Assembly (NCBI GenBank): GCA_963701085.1
Contig: OY969561.1
Coordinates: forward strand, 416,001-480,000
Source of the DNA: an uncultured bacterium
GTDB taxonomy: Bacteria > Babelota > Babeliae > Babelales > Vermiphilaceae
Length of the DNA: 64,000 bases
Reading direction: 5' to 3'
Both the position numbers and the translations under genes were made by a program. The notes beneath the pieces were generated by a model. The model saw nothing but the letters and a program-made list of their open reading frames with translations, searched no databases and was not told the origin of the DNA. Position 1 is the first letter of the stretch; each line of letters starts with the position of its first letter. Below, piece after piece: positions 45,488 through 55,219 of the stretch.

Positions 45488-46672
45488 TTATAACAACAAA
45501 AACGCTTTAGAATTTTGTTGTTCTCTTTTCTCAATCTCTGCAAGCAGTTCGAAATTAGTGTTAATCATACGTAAAGCGCCATAGCTATCGGGATAAAGAC
45601 TATCAACTCCCATTATACACTGAGCTGCTTTTATATCTTTTAAGGCAGGCAATACATCGGCAGCATTTTCATGCGTTTTTACATATTGTGCATAAGCCGG
45701 ATGTAACATTATCTGGTCAATAGTAACGTTCGGGTTATTCCTGATTATACTTCCTACAAGAGACTTTCTTTTCCCATCATCTCCCTCTACAGCATGCCTT
45801 ACTTCGTGCTTTACTGTCTGCAACAAATACGCATCATCTTTATCAGCAAGTATTGGGTGATAACTGAAGCGAGCTGGAGCATCTTTTTTATATCCAAACA
45901 CTGTTTTTGCTGGATTTTTTTTAGATTCTTCAAGACTTATCGATCTATCCACCGAAATACATAGTGATTGAGGAGCACAAAAAGTAGCATCAGCTACATT
46001 TAAATATTTATCCTGAAGAATTTTTACATCAAATGCCGTCGACTCTAGTCCATTTTCTTGCATCTCATCTCTTAACAACTGAGCAAATTTTATGGGCACA
46101 TGAGAACACCATGTTGTATCATTCCTTGGCTGGCGCATTGATTCCAGATCAAACGCAGCTTTATCGTTTATTTGCTTCTCTTGCATGTACCATTGGTTTG
46201 AATAAGGATCAATATTATAAGCTTGTAACAATTGATTTTGTGCATCAATTTTATCCTGACGAAGTTGTGCGCATATTTTGTTATGCTCAGCTTCAATCCA
46301 ACGCTTAGCTTCATCGCTTGTCATCATGTGATTTTTAAGAATTATTGATCTTTTTGCCTGTACTTCATCTATATTTTTTAGTTTTGGCTGAATAATTTTA
46401 TTAAATAGAGCAAATTTACTCAGTACCGGAAGCTGATCAACGGTAACGTTTGGTATTGTTACTTTGTTAAGCATTTCTGTTAAATTTAAGGATGGCATTG
46501 AATATGCGAATGCTTCATCCAAATATTTCTGAGTATAATTTATAGTAGGCCTTACGTTTCTACGTATACTGAATGCCTCAACAGCTTCTCTTGTACGCTT
46601 CATACCAAACAACACAGTATTACTGAACAATACAAGCGATATAACACTTATTTTTACAATTAATTGATACAT
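45488..46672 (-). CDS. Secreted protein with a C-terminal HExxH zinc-peptidase-like domain
   Basis: HEVRH plus HENAAD; shares MPSLN, QAYxIDP, TAFxV, LHPAY and LYxxSYG with 42799-43974. Confidence 0.6.
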   Translation of the reverse strand: MYQLIVKISVISLVLFSNTVLFGMKRTREAVEAFSIRRNVRPTINYTQKYLDEAFAYSMPSLNLTEMLNKVTIPNVTVDQLPVLSKFALFNKIIQPKLKNIDEVQAKRSIILKNHMMTSDEAKRWIEAEHNKICAQLRQDKIDAQNQLLQAYNIDPYSNQWYMQEKQINDKAAFDLESMRQPRNDTTWCSHVPIKFAQLLRDEMQENGLESTAFDVKILQDKYLNVADATFCAPQSLCISVDRSISLEESKKNPAKTVFGYKKDAPARFSYHPILADKDDAYLLQTVKHEVRHAVEGDDGKRKSLVGSIIRNNPNVTIDQIMLHPAYAQYVKTHENAADVLPALKDIKAAQCIMGVDSLYPDSYGALRMINTNFELLAEIEKREQQNSKAFLLL

Positions 46673-46692
46673 AACATCTCCTTTGTAGTTAC

Positions 46693-48261
46693 TCAAGTCC
46701 TTGAGAAGGATAGATTTGCAAAACGACGCACACGAATTTCTTCATCATCTGTCAATCTAATATCTCGCCGAGGGAGTTTCTTCAAAATATCTCCAATGGA
46801 ATCCATCTTATGTAATTCTTCAGTCGTCATTCCACCATTATCTCTATAAACTCTCATATTATCTTTATCAAAATTTTTATCTTTAATCATTCGATCTAAG
46901 TTGGTGCGGGTCTGAACCTCAGGCTCATGTTGATATTTCCACTTAAGCATATTGCATTTACAAGGATCTATTTGAGATATAAGCTCAAAAGCTTCTTTGT
47001 TATTTGCAGCCAAAGATAATAACTCATAAGAAAGAACAATTACTTCATCCTGAGCAATACCCCCTTGCTGTCGTAATAAATTCAACTTTAGCAATAAACA
47101 TTCAAGAGCATTATTTTTTTTATGGGGAGAACTTATAGAAGCCATAATAGATATACAAACATCTATATGCTCGGAAATAGACATACAAACATCTCTATGT
47201 TCGGAACTATTTTCCAACTCTTTTGATACATCTTCATCATCACCAAACAGCGTTGCATTCATGAGAGGGCTTTTAAAATTGTATATACTAAATTCAGGTA
47301 TAACTCTTAGTTTTAGTCGCATCTTGGGATTTGATTTTAATCGCTTCTGGAAAAATTCATTATGAGCACTATCAAATCTTCTGTTTCCAAGTTCTTCTAT
47401 TTCTTTTTCATTACCAATAAATTGCACATCAGGGTTTGCGTAAAAATATTTCTTATAAGGACTTACGATAAGAAGGTCAATTATTCTATCTTCCTCTATA
47501 AAAACAGGTGACATATCAACCACAATTACTGGTACATAGTGGGAGCGTAAAAAATTCAACACAAATTGTGGATCTTGATTTTTATAAAGAATTTCTAGAT
47601 TACGTCTACCAACTTCTTCAATAGTCATTCCACCATTCTTTTTATAAATTTTAATATTTTCTTGATCAAAAAAGAAATCTTCAGTCATATTATCTAAAAG
47701 AGTAAAGCTTCGACCCAGACCCATTTCCAACACAAGGTCATGAGTAGTAAAAGGATCTACTTGTGATACCAACTCAAAACTGTTTCTATCTTTAGTTGAC
47801 CTAAAATACATCTGATATGATAAGAATGATCGGATATTAGGCGGAACAGTCGAGAATTGTAATGATTGCTTTAGCCCTAACAATGACCGAGAAAGATCAT
47901 TATAATCCTTTTTTGCTATAGCAACCATAAGATTCTCAAATAGGGGTCGTTGCTCAGAATCGAGACCTTCTCTTACCTTTACACAACCAAACAGATCTCT
48001 AAGATATTCTTCATCACTATCTTTTAATGCTGATGACAATTTAGGAACTATTGTCATTTTTGATTTTAACTTTTTATCTTCTTCTACTAACTTTAACACT
48101 TCATCAACAGTCATGGGATAGATGGGTTCTTGCTTAACTGACGCCTGCAACTGCTTTTTATCTTCTTGATTTTTATAACGTACAATCATCCCAAAAGAAA
48201 TAGAGTTGCCAACCAACAACAGCATAACGCTTATTTTTAAAAGAGATCGATACATATTCAT
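46693..48261 (-). CDS. Secreted hypothetical protein with ankyrin-like helices and an internally duplicated module
   Basis: MNMYRSLLKIS...FGMIVRYK; PLMNATLFGD; FEL(V/I)SQ(V/I)DP...NGGMT occurs twice. Confidence 0.65.
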   Translation of the reverse strand: MNMYRSLLKISVMLLLVGNSISFGMIVRYKNQEDKKQLQASVKQEPIYPMTVDEVLKLVEEDKKLKSKMTIVPKLSSALKDSDEEYLRDLFGCVKVREGLDSEQRPLFENLMVAIAKKDYNDLSRSLLGLKQSLQFSTVPPNIRSFLSYQMYFRSTKDRNSFELVSQVDPFTTHDLVLEMGLGRSFTLLDNMTEDFFFDQENIKIYKKNGGMTIEEVGRRNLEILYKNQDPQFVLNFLRSHYVPVIVVDMSPVFIEEDRIIDLLIVSPYKKYFYANPDVQFIGNEKEIEELGNRRFDSAHNEFFQKRLKSNPKMRLKLRVIPEFSIYNFKSPLMNATLFGDDEDVSKELENSSEHRDVCMSISEHIDVCISIMASISSPHKKNNALECLLLKLNLLRQQGGIAQDEVIVLSYELLSLAANNKEAFELISQIDPCKCNMLKWKYQHEPEVQTRTNLDRMIKDKNFDKDNMRVYRDNGGMTTEELHKMDSIGDILKKLPRRDIRLTDDEEIRVRRFANLSFSRT

Positions 48262-48307
48262 AGACGCATCCCTATCAAAAGGAAAACAGTTATTTTTATA
48301 TTTTAGC

Positions 48308-49504
48308 TTAATCAACACCATACTCAGTCACCTCGACAGTATTAAGTTGTTGATTACGTTCCATTTCTCTTTGTCTTAGACCGTTATACACTAGTCTGTC
48401 GAAATAATCGCTCGCCATTCTTTCTTCAGGTGTCATCGAATATCTTCGGTTAGGCAAATGTTGAATAATATTACCAACATATTCCATTCTTTTTAATGTT
48501 TTAGCTGTACATCCACCATTATCTATGAAAGTCTGAATATTTTCTTCTCCAAAATATTTTTTATCTCTGATCATCAAATCTAAGGTGGTATATTGTTTAT
48601 GATCGTCAGGATTATAAACCTTAATCATGTTGGCATTATACGGATCTTTTCGAGCTATAAGCTTAAAAACTTTTTTATTATCAGCAGATGCACCTAAAAA
48701 CTTATAAGATAGACCTACTCTCGTCTCTTCGTCGGATTCACTATTTTCCCCAAAAAATTGCTTACCTCTTTGCTTTATTTTTGCCAAAAGCAATTCAAGG
48801 GCATTATTTTTTTTATTAGGATAATTTATAGAAGCCAAAACCGCATAATGCATATCAACCCCATAATCATCATTAAGATCAACGGGTTCTGCACCATTAG
48901 GATTACTTCTTCTGAGTTCTTTTTGTATATCTTCATCGTTTCCAAAAAGAGATGCCATCACAAGAGGAAAATTTCGATTTTCAGAGTAAGTTATCTTATA
49001 TACACTTGGATTTTTATTAATACAATTAATGCGTTTTTTCTTAAACGCTTTTCGAAATCTTTCTTCACCAATCTTACGAATTTTTTCATTAGAATTTGAG
49101 AAAAACGATTCACAATAAGGAAAGTAAAACGATTCAAGGTAAGGATTAATCTCAAAAAAATCCAGATTAATTTCTTTTTTCGAATCTGTATAAACATTGT
49201 CATGAACCAACATCACTGGCACATAATTATCTTTATCACTTAAAAACTTCTGCACAAATTCTGACTTATGACGATTCCTATAAAGCTTTTCTAGATTATA
49301 CTGACCTTGTTCTTCTAAAGACAAAGTCTTAACTTTCTCTTTTTCTTTTTCATATATAGGTTTTAAGCAAGATGAAATAGATGCTTGTATAGCTTTTTTA
49401 CTTTGTTCATCTTTATATCTTACAATCATCCCAAGGGAAACTGCATTACTTATCATTGCAAGCACTATAACGCTTATTTTTAAAAAAGATCGATACATAT
49501 TCAT
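48308..49504 (-). CDS. Paralog of 46693-48261
   Basis: Near-identical RBS and first codons; shared NLExLYxN, YVPV, PL.MA.LFG.DED, KKNNALE and NGGxT motifs. Confidence 0.65.
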   Translation of the reverse strand: MNMYRSFLKISVIVLAMISNAVSLGMIVRYKDEQSKKAIQASISSCLKPIYEKEKEKVKTLSLEEQGQYNLEKLYRNRHKSEFVQKFLSDKDNYVPVMLVHDNVYTDSKKEINLDFFEINPYLESFYFPYCESFFSNSNEKIRKIGEERFRKAFKKKRINCINKNPSVYKITYSENRNFPLVMASLFGNDEDIQKELRRSNPNGAEPVDLNDDYGVDMHYAVLASINYPNKKNNALELLLAKIKQRGKQFFGENSESDEETRVGLSYKFLGASADNKKVFKLIARKDPYNANMIKVYNPDDHKQYTTLDLMIRDKKYFGEENIQTFIDNGGCTAKTLKRMEYVGNIIQHLPNRRYSMTPEERMASDYFDRLVYNGLRQREMERNQQLNTVEVTEYGVD

Positions 49505-49959
49505 AGATGCATCCCTAAATCATACTAATAGAAACTTATAATATCATTATCCCTAGACACAATAATGATACACTATTTATAAAATAGTTCAAATGGTCAA
49601 AAGAAACGCTGGCTGGGAGCGGGTAATATAGTATAATAAATGCTTGTAAACCTTTGCCTATTCATAAACATAGTACAGAGCACAAAGAGCCGCACCTTCC
49701 CCTTTAAGGAAGTTTTGGTCTTTTGAAAGAAAAAAAAGAGTGATTTTCAAAAACGAATAGTTATAGCTAACTAATTTTTGATTAACTTTTGATTTTTATA
49801 CAGAATTTTTATGTAACTTTAGATCGCAAGAACGTGTATTGGAACTGGTCGCTTTTGCCTAGCTTTACGTTACGTGCGATTGGTAATTGATCTTATGTAC
49901 GCATACGGTTGCCACCTTTTACTTACTTCTACTTTTATAATCCTTAGTCTTGATTCCCT

Positions 49960-50350
49960 TATACTTATATACGTACATAGTAACTGTCTATACCTATACA
50001 CATACATATACACATACATATATAATATAGTCTTTATTCTTATTCTTATTTTCATTCTTATTCTTATTCTCTTACGAAGAATCAACCTTTTTAAGCAACA
50101 AACTTCGTAGCAATCCATTCTATGCCTAATATTCCTACTATACTCCTCTATACCCTTATACTCTTATACTCGTTGTCCCCATACTCTTCTTTATCCTCCT
50201 TCTTTCTTCGCCCTTCTTTCCGACCCCCCTTCTCATCCAACTTCTAATCTGATAATCCGATAATCCGATAATCTGATTAATTCTCCTCTTGATTCCAATT
50301 GGTTCCAATCAATTCTCTTCTTAACTCAAAATCCAATCAATTCCCCTCTT
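49960..50350. repeat. Low-complexity, G-poor tract with microsatellite-like runs
   Basis: tatacacataca-type repeats at about 49989-50024, (ttattc)n at 50034-50070, gataatc(c/t) with 8-bp period at 50245-50277. Confidence 0.7.
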
Positions 50351-50353
50351 ATA

Positions 50354-50510
50354 ACGGAGTCTTCTGCCCCCGCCTCCCATTATGTCCCCAGGGAAAAGGC
50401 GGCGGGCAGGATGACGGAGTTGGGCTCGAACGCGCGCGCATTTTGCCAAAACCTGCGGACGGTAGTGCAAGGAGACTTGAAAAACCCAAGCGGCCAGCCC
50501 CACTCCGTCA
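50354..50510. other. GC-rich structured non-coding element (possible ncRNA); strand unknown
   Basis: Stem 50359-50375/50397-50415 and stem tgacggagttgggct (50412-50426)/agccccactccgtca (50496-50510) with internal hairpins. Confidence 0.4.
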
Positions 50511-50634
50511 ATTATCCGACATACATAATAAAAACGTAACATTCGCCGCTGCAGCACGGCATAAACCCGCTTAAAAAACAAGGGGAAATAATTAAAGTCT
50601 TAGCGTAACCCACTAATATTTTATGAGTTAACCG

Positions 50635-50662
50635 TTGACAGGCCATTTTTTTTTGTTATTCT
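50635..50662 (+). promoter_or_regulatory. Sigma70-type promoter for dnaK
   Basis: TTGACA-N16-TATTCT with an extended -10 TG. Confidence 0.55.
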
Positions 50663-50745
50663 ATAAAAAGAGCTAGAAATTAGCTCAATAACATGGCACT
50701 TGAGTAGCAAGCCGCAGGTTTGGACTACAAAAACCGCCATAACTT

Positions 50746-50850
50746 GCCCTTCCCTTCGAGCCGTCCTTCGCCGAGGCTTCGGAGGCCAATCGGGCGTTTA
50801 CTACTGAGCCTGACGAAGTATCAGGATAAACTCCGCTTGCGAAGTAGGGG
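50746..50850. repeat. REP-like palindrome in the dnaK leader; inverted copy of 45269-45337
   Basis: 50752-50820 matches the reverse complement of 45269-45337 at 60/69 nt (hand alignment). Confidence 0.8.
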
Positions 50851-50896
50851 ATTAGTAGAAAAAATAGAGCATAAACAATAAACCAAAAGGATCGAG

Positions 50897-52774
50897 ATGG
50901 CAAAAATAATTGGTATCGATTTAGGTACAACAAACTCGGTAGTAGCTTTCATGGAAGGCGGACAACCAAAAGTTATACCTAATAAAGAAGGTGCAAACAC
51001 AACCCCTTCAATCGTTGCGTATACAAAAGATGGCAGCCGTTTAGTGGGTATTCTCGCAAAGCGTCAAGCAGTAACAAACCCAGAAAACACTATAGCATCA
51101 GTAAAACGTTTTATTGGCGCTAAGTATGAAACAGCAATAAAACAAGCTAAAAACGTACCGTACAAGTTAGTACGCGGCGACAATGGCGAAGTTTCTATAG
51201 AAGTACAAAACAAAAAATTCACACCACAAGAAATCTCAGCGGCAGTATTAAGCTACCTCAAGCAAACAGCAGAAGATTACCTTGGACAAAAAGTAACTGA
51301 AGCGGTTATTACCGTTCCTGCATACTTTAACGATGCTCAACGTCAAGCAACAAAAGATGCTGGTCGTATTGCAGGTCTTGATGTTAAACGTATCATCAAC
51401 GAACCTACAGCTGCTGCATTAGCTTATGGCGCTGACAAAAAAGGCAACTCAACTATTGCGGTGTTTGACTTTGGTGGCGGTACATTTGACGTTTCAATCT
51501 TAGAAATCGCTGGCGGTGTTATTGAAGTTAAATCAACCAATGGTGATACCATGCTTGGTGGTGATGACCTTGATCACAAACTTATTGATTACTTAGTTGA
51601 AGAGTTCAAAAAAGAACAAGGCATTGATTTAAGTGCTGACAAAATGGCATTACAACGCCTTAAAGAAGCTGCTGAAAAAGCGAAAATTGAACTTTCATCA
51701 GTATTAGAAACAGAAATCAATTTACCGTATATTACTGCAGATGCTTCTGGGCCTAAACATTTCAACACAAAAATATCACGCGCAAAATTTGAATCACTCT
51801 GTGCTGATGTCTTTAACCGTTTGATTAAACCATGCACACAAGCCCTTTCTGATGCTAAGTTAACAACAAAAGATATCCAAGAAGTTATTCTTGTTGGTGG
51901 TTCAACACGTATCCCTAAAGTACAACAAATTGTAAAAGAAACATTTAACAGAGAACCAAACAAATCAGTTAACCCTGATGAAGTTGTAGCTCTTGGTGCA
52001 GCATTACAAGGTGGTATTTTAGCTGGTGACGTAACTGATGTCTTACTATTAGACGTAACACCACTTTCTCTTGGTATTGAAACACTTGGCGGAATCGCAA
52101 CCAAACTTATTACCAGAAACACCACAATCCCTACGCGTAAGTCTCAAGTCTTTTCAACAGCAGAAGATGGACAAACAGCAGTAGATATCCGTGTAGTACA
52201 AGGTGAACGTGAATTTGCTAAAGACAACAAAATGCTTGGCCAATTCATGCTTGATGGCATTCCAACAGCACCACGTGGCACACCTCAAATTGAAGTAACA
52301 TTTGATATTGATGCTAACGGTATCGTCAGTGTTTCTGCTAAAGATAAAGCGACCGGTAAAGAACAAAAAATTGCTATCACCAACAGCAGTGGCTTATCTA
52401 AAGAAGAAATCGAACGCATGGTTGAAGATGCAAAAGCTCACGAAGATGAAGACAAACAAGCTCGTGAAGCAGTTGAAAAACGTAATCAGCTTGATAGCAC
52501 AATTCTAGAAGTTGAAAAAACTGTCAGAGAAAACAGCGCGAAACTTTCTGCAGAAGAAATCTCTGCAGTGAACACCGCTATTGATAAAGCAAAAGCAGCT
52601 CTTGTTGAACATGCTAATCACGCAGCTGGATTGCAAAGAGCAACTGATGAGTTAACACAAGCTTCATACAAGATTGCTGAAACTCTTTACAAGCAACAAC
52701 CATCTGGTGATAATTCATCTCAAAAAGCTCCTGAACAAGATGAGCCAATTGACGCTGAAATCAATCAGCAATAA
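50897..52774 (+). CDS. dnaK: Chaperone DnaK (Hsp70)
   Basis: [45 protein letters not shown]. Confidence 0.99.
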   Translation: MAKIIGIDLGTTNSVVAFMEGGQPKVIPNKEGANTTPSIVAYTKDGSRLVGILAKRQAVTNPENTIASVKRFIGAKYETAIKQAKNVPYKLVRGDNGEVSIEVQNKKFTPQEISAAVLSYLKQTAEDYLGQKVTEAVITVPAYFNDAQRQATKDAGRIAGLDVKRIINEPTAAALAYGADKKGNSTIAVFDFGGGTFDVSILEIAGGVIEVKSTNGDTMLGGDDLDHKLIDYLVEEFKKEQGIDLSADKMALQRLKEAAEKAKIELSSVLETEINLPYITADASGPKHFNTKISRAKFESLCADVFNRLIKPCTQALSDAKLTTKDIQEVILVGGSTRIPKVQQIVKETFNREPNKSVNPDEVVALGAALQGGILAGDVTDVLLLDVTPLSLGIETLGGIATKLITRNTTIPTRKSQVFSTAEDGQTAVDIRVVQGEREFAKDNKMLGQFMLDGIPTAPRGTPQIEVTFDIDANGIVSVSAKDKATGKEQKIAITNSSGLSKEEIERMVEDAKAHEDEDKQAREAVEKRNQLDSTILEVEKTVRENSAKLSAEEISAVNTAIDKAKAALVEHANHAAGLQRATDELTQASYKIAETLYKQQPSGDNSSQKAPEQDEPIDAEINQQ

Positions 52775-52836
52775 AAACAATATAACCTGCCCTTCGAAGC
52801 TCGGCAGAGCGTAGTAGGGTTCAACACGAATGACTC

Positions 52837-52869
52837 AAAAATCCCCCGGACCAAACTGGGGGATTTTTT
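52837..52869 (+). terminator. dnaK terminator; related hairpin-plus-promoter units recur at about 53661-53758 and 54417-54511
   Basis: aaaaatccccc...gggggattttt. Confidence 0.7.
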
Positions 52870-52936
52870 ATGGCGTTAAAAACATTGGCGTGATATTCTA
52901 GATGAATAACAATCAACAAGAAAGGCCTACAACACA

Positions 52937-53656
52937 ATGATTTATGCACGTCTTTTCATCTGTACTATTTTAATGACAAGCTCATTAAATTCTATGGAGA
53001 TTGTTAAAAAACATACCCAACACAGTCAGAGTTTTAAAAGATATCTCCTTACTCAAAAGATATGTAAAAAGGAGAGCTTTCCTAAAGAAATTGGTTATTA
53101 CATAATACACTACTACTTAGCTCTCAAAAATAATCATTTATTAGGCTTATTAAAAAAGGAAGATCTTTTTATGGTCGCATGGGATAATGTTCATATCCCA
53201 ATCAACTACTATCACCTACTCACCTACATACAAATCGAGTTAATAAAAGAACTTCTTTCCTATCGACCACCTTGCGTACAATACTGCCATAAATGTGACA
53301 AATACAAATTAGACAAGCGAGATTATCGTCTCTGCGAAAAAGATTATTTTCTAGAATCAAAAAAAGATTACCAACTTTTTTTAACACTACCAATAGAACT
53401 AAGAAAATGCTTGGCACAAGCACCAAAATCATTGATAAGTTGGGCAATTGAACTACAAGAAGATCCTAGCTACAACTACAAAAACATCATCATTCCCAAA
53501 GCAATTAATGCTTTCCAAGTGATACAGGTAAAAAGTAAATCCACCGTAATCAAACACGATCTACTACAAAAACTCGGTGCACCTATCAAAGCACACTATC
53601 CTGGCTATACACCACGATTAATTGTTCCAGAAGAAAAGCAACTCTCACTGAAATAA
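52937..53656 (+). CDS. Secreted hypothetical protein, LPxE family copy 1
   Basis: Signal peptide ending SLNS|ME; FPKEI, FLTLPIELRKCL, LIVPEE. Confidence 0.65.
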   Translation: MIYARLFICTILMTSSLNSMEIVKKHTQHSQSFKRYLLTQKICKKESFPKEIGYYIIHYYLALKNNHLLGLLKKEDLFMVAWDNVHIPINYYHLLTYIQIELIKELLSYRPPCVQYCHKCDKYKLDKRDYRLCEKDYFLESKKDYQLFLTLPIELRKCLAQAPKSLISWAIELQEDPSYNYKNIIIPKAINAFQVIQVKSKSTVIKHDLLQKLGAPIKAHYPGYTPRLIVPEEKQLSLK

Positions 53657-53758
53657 CTCTCCCCCGGGCTTGATAAACCGGGGGATTTTTTATGGCATTA
53701 AAAATAGTCTGATGATATCTTAAGTGGCAAACAACATTAAAAAAAAAGGTTTAAAAAA

Positions 53759-54409
53759 ATGCTTTATGCACGTCTTTTCATCTGTACTATTTTTATTACC
53801 AGCTCATTAAGCTCTATGGAAATTATTAAAAACAACAAAAACAAAAAAGTTCATACGGAAAAAAACTGTTGGGGCAATGATATCGTAACACAATTAATTC
53901 TCACCCAAAGAGTATGCGACAAAAACAAACTTCCTCAAGAGATTATCACTCAAATACACGCATACAACTTATTACTAAAGCACAAACATTTCGAAAATAA
54001 TTTTACTTGCATAAATCAATGGAATGATTTTCTTATTCCAATAAAATATCACTATCTTCTATCACCACAACAAATAAATATCCTAGAGACTTTATTCAAA
54101 ACCAAACCTTGCATATTTGATAGCTGGGACGGGTACGGGGTATCAGGGTATATGTATTTTTTACCATCAAAAAAAGATTATAAAAAGTTTTTAACACTAC
54201 CAATAGAACTGAGAAAATGCTTAGTCAAATTACCACAATCAAAAATAAAAAATAAACTCACTGATCACTATATCAATACTAACAAAGCTATAGGTATTAT
54301 AACCTGGCGAACCAGAGGACTCTCTATGTATGCCACACAACAAAGCATCGAGCAAAAATTGATTGTTCCAGAAGACAAAGAGGATAAAATCTACCACAAA
54401 AGACTCTAA
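53759..54409 (+). CDS. Secreted hypothetical protein, LPxE family copy 2
   Basis: SLSS|ME; LPQEI, FLTLPIELRKCL, LIVPED. Confidence 0.65.
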   Translation: MLYARLFICTIFITSSLSSMEIIKNNKNKKVHTEKNCWGNDIVTQLILTQRVCDKNKLPQEIITQIHAYNLLLKHKHFENNFTCINQWNDFLIPIKYHYLLSPQQINILETLFKTKPCIFDSWDGYGVSGYMYFLPSKKDYKKFLTLPIELRKCLVKLPQSKIKNKLTDHYINTNKAIGIITWRTRGLSMYATQQSIEQKLIVPEDKEDKIYHKRL

Positions 54410-54511
54410 TACGCCTTCTCTCGCTCCAATAAGTCGAGGGATTTTTTATGGCGTTAAAAACATTGATATGATATTTTATGGTGAATAACAATCAACAAAA
54501 AAGGATAAAAA

Positions 54512-55150
54512 ATGTTTTATGTATTTCTTTTAATAAGCACTATTTTGATGACAAATTCATTAAACTCTATGGAAATTATTAAAAAGAATAAAGCTCAAAA
54601 AAAACATACCCTTGATGATTCAATCAATAAAGAATTACTTTTTGTTCACGCAATAACCAATAAAGAAGTTCTACCGAGTGAAATTACTAAAAAAATTATA
54701 TTACCTTACTGCGCAGCATTAAAAAATAAAGAATTTGAAAACAATTCTAACACATTCAAAGAAACTTGGTTTAAAAACAGCCTTATCACCCGCGATTATT
54801 ATTTTTTGACATCGCAACAAAAAGAATTAATGTACAAAATAATTACAACAAAATTTGAAGGCTTAACTCGAATAGAGTATTGTTTAGATTCCACCAAAGA
54901 ATACAAATTATTTTTAAAATTACCAATCGAGCTCAGGAAAAACTTAACATTAGTACCCAACAGTATAAAATTCCGCCAAATCTTACTACCAGGATCTTCT
55001 CTCTATATTAATCCAGACAAAACAATACAAGTCAGAACAACAGGCCAAAAAATCATGGTCATGGTCACCGTAAATCATCATTATTGTGATAACAGCATTC
55101 CAAAACCAATTATTCCTGAAGAAAACGAGAAAAAGAATCATAAAAAATAA
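54512..55150 (+). CDS. Secreted hypothetical protein, LPxE family copy 3
   Basis: SLNS|ME; LPSEI, FLKLPIELRKNL, IIPEE. Confidence 0.65.
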   Translation: MFYVFLLISTILMTNSLNSMEIIKKNKAQKKHTLDDSINKELLFVHAITNKEVLPSEITKKIILPYCAALKNKEFENNSNTFKETWFKNSLITRDYYFLTSQQKELMYKIITTKFEGLTRIEYCLDSTKEYKLFLKLPIELRKNLTLVPNSIKFRQILLPGSSLYINPDKTIQVRTTGQKIMVMVTVNHHYCDNSIPKPIIPEENEKKNHKK

Positions 55151-55219
55151 CTGTTGAAAACATTATCCACTCCTGCAGTATGCTAGATACCAACAAAAGT
55201 ATCTGTTCAAAAGAAGGAG

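Noticed and set aside
49870-50118. ORFs 49874-50110 (+) and 49870-50118 (-)
   Set aside because: Translations of microsatellite-like DNA (ILILIF / IRIRMK); no RBS or recognisable domain.
50380-50575. RNase P RNA, suggested by cataaacccgctta
   Set aside because: No GAGGAAAGTCC partner motif, and the structured region is too short.
50692-50720. CIRCE/HrcA operator before dnaK
   Set aside because: Only the left arm (tggcactt) resembles TTAGCACTC; the right arm does not match GAGTGCTAA.
49505-50896. Replication origin at the switch in gene orientation
   Set aside because: The plus strand looks C-rich on both sides by eye, and no TTATCCACA cluster was found.
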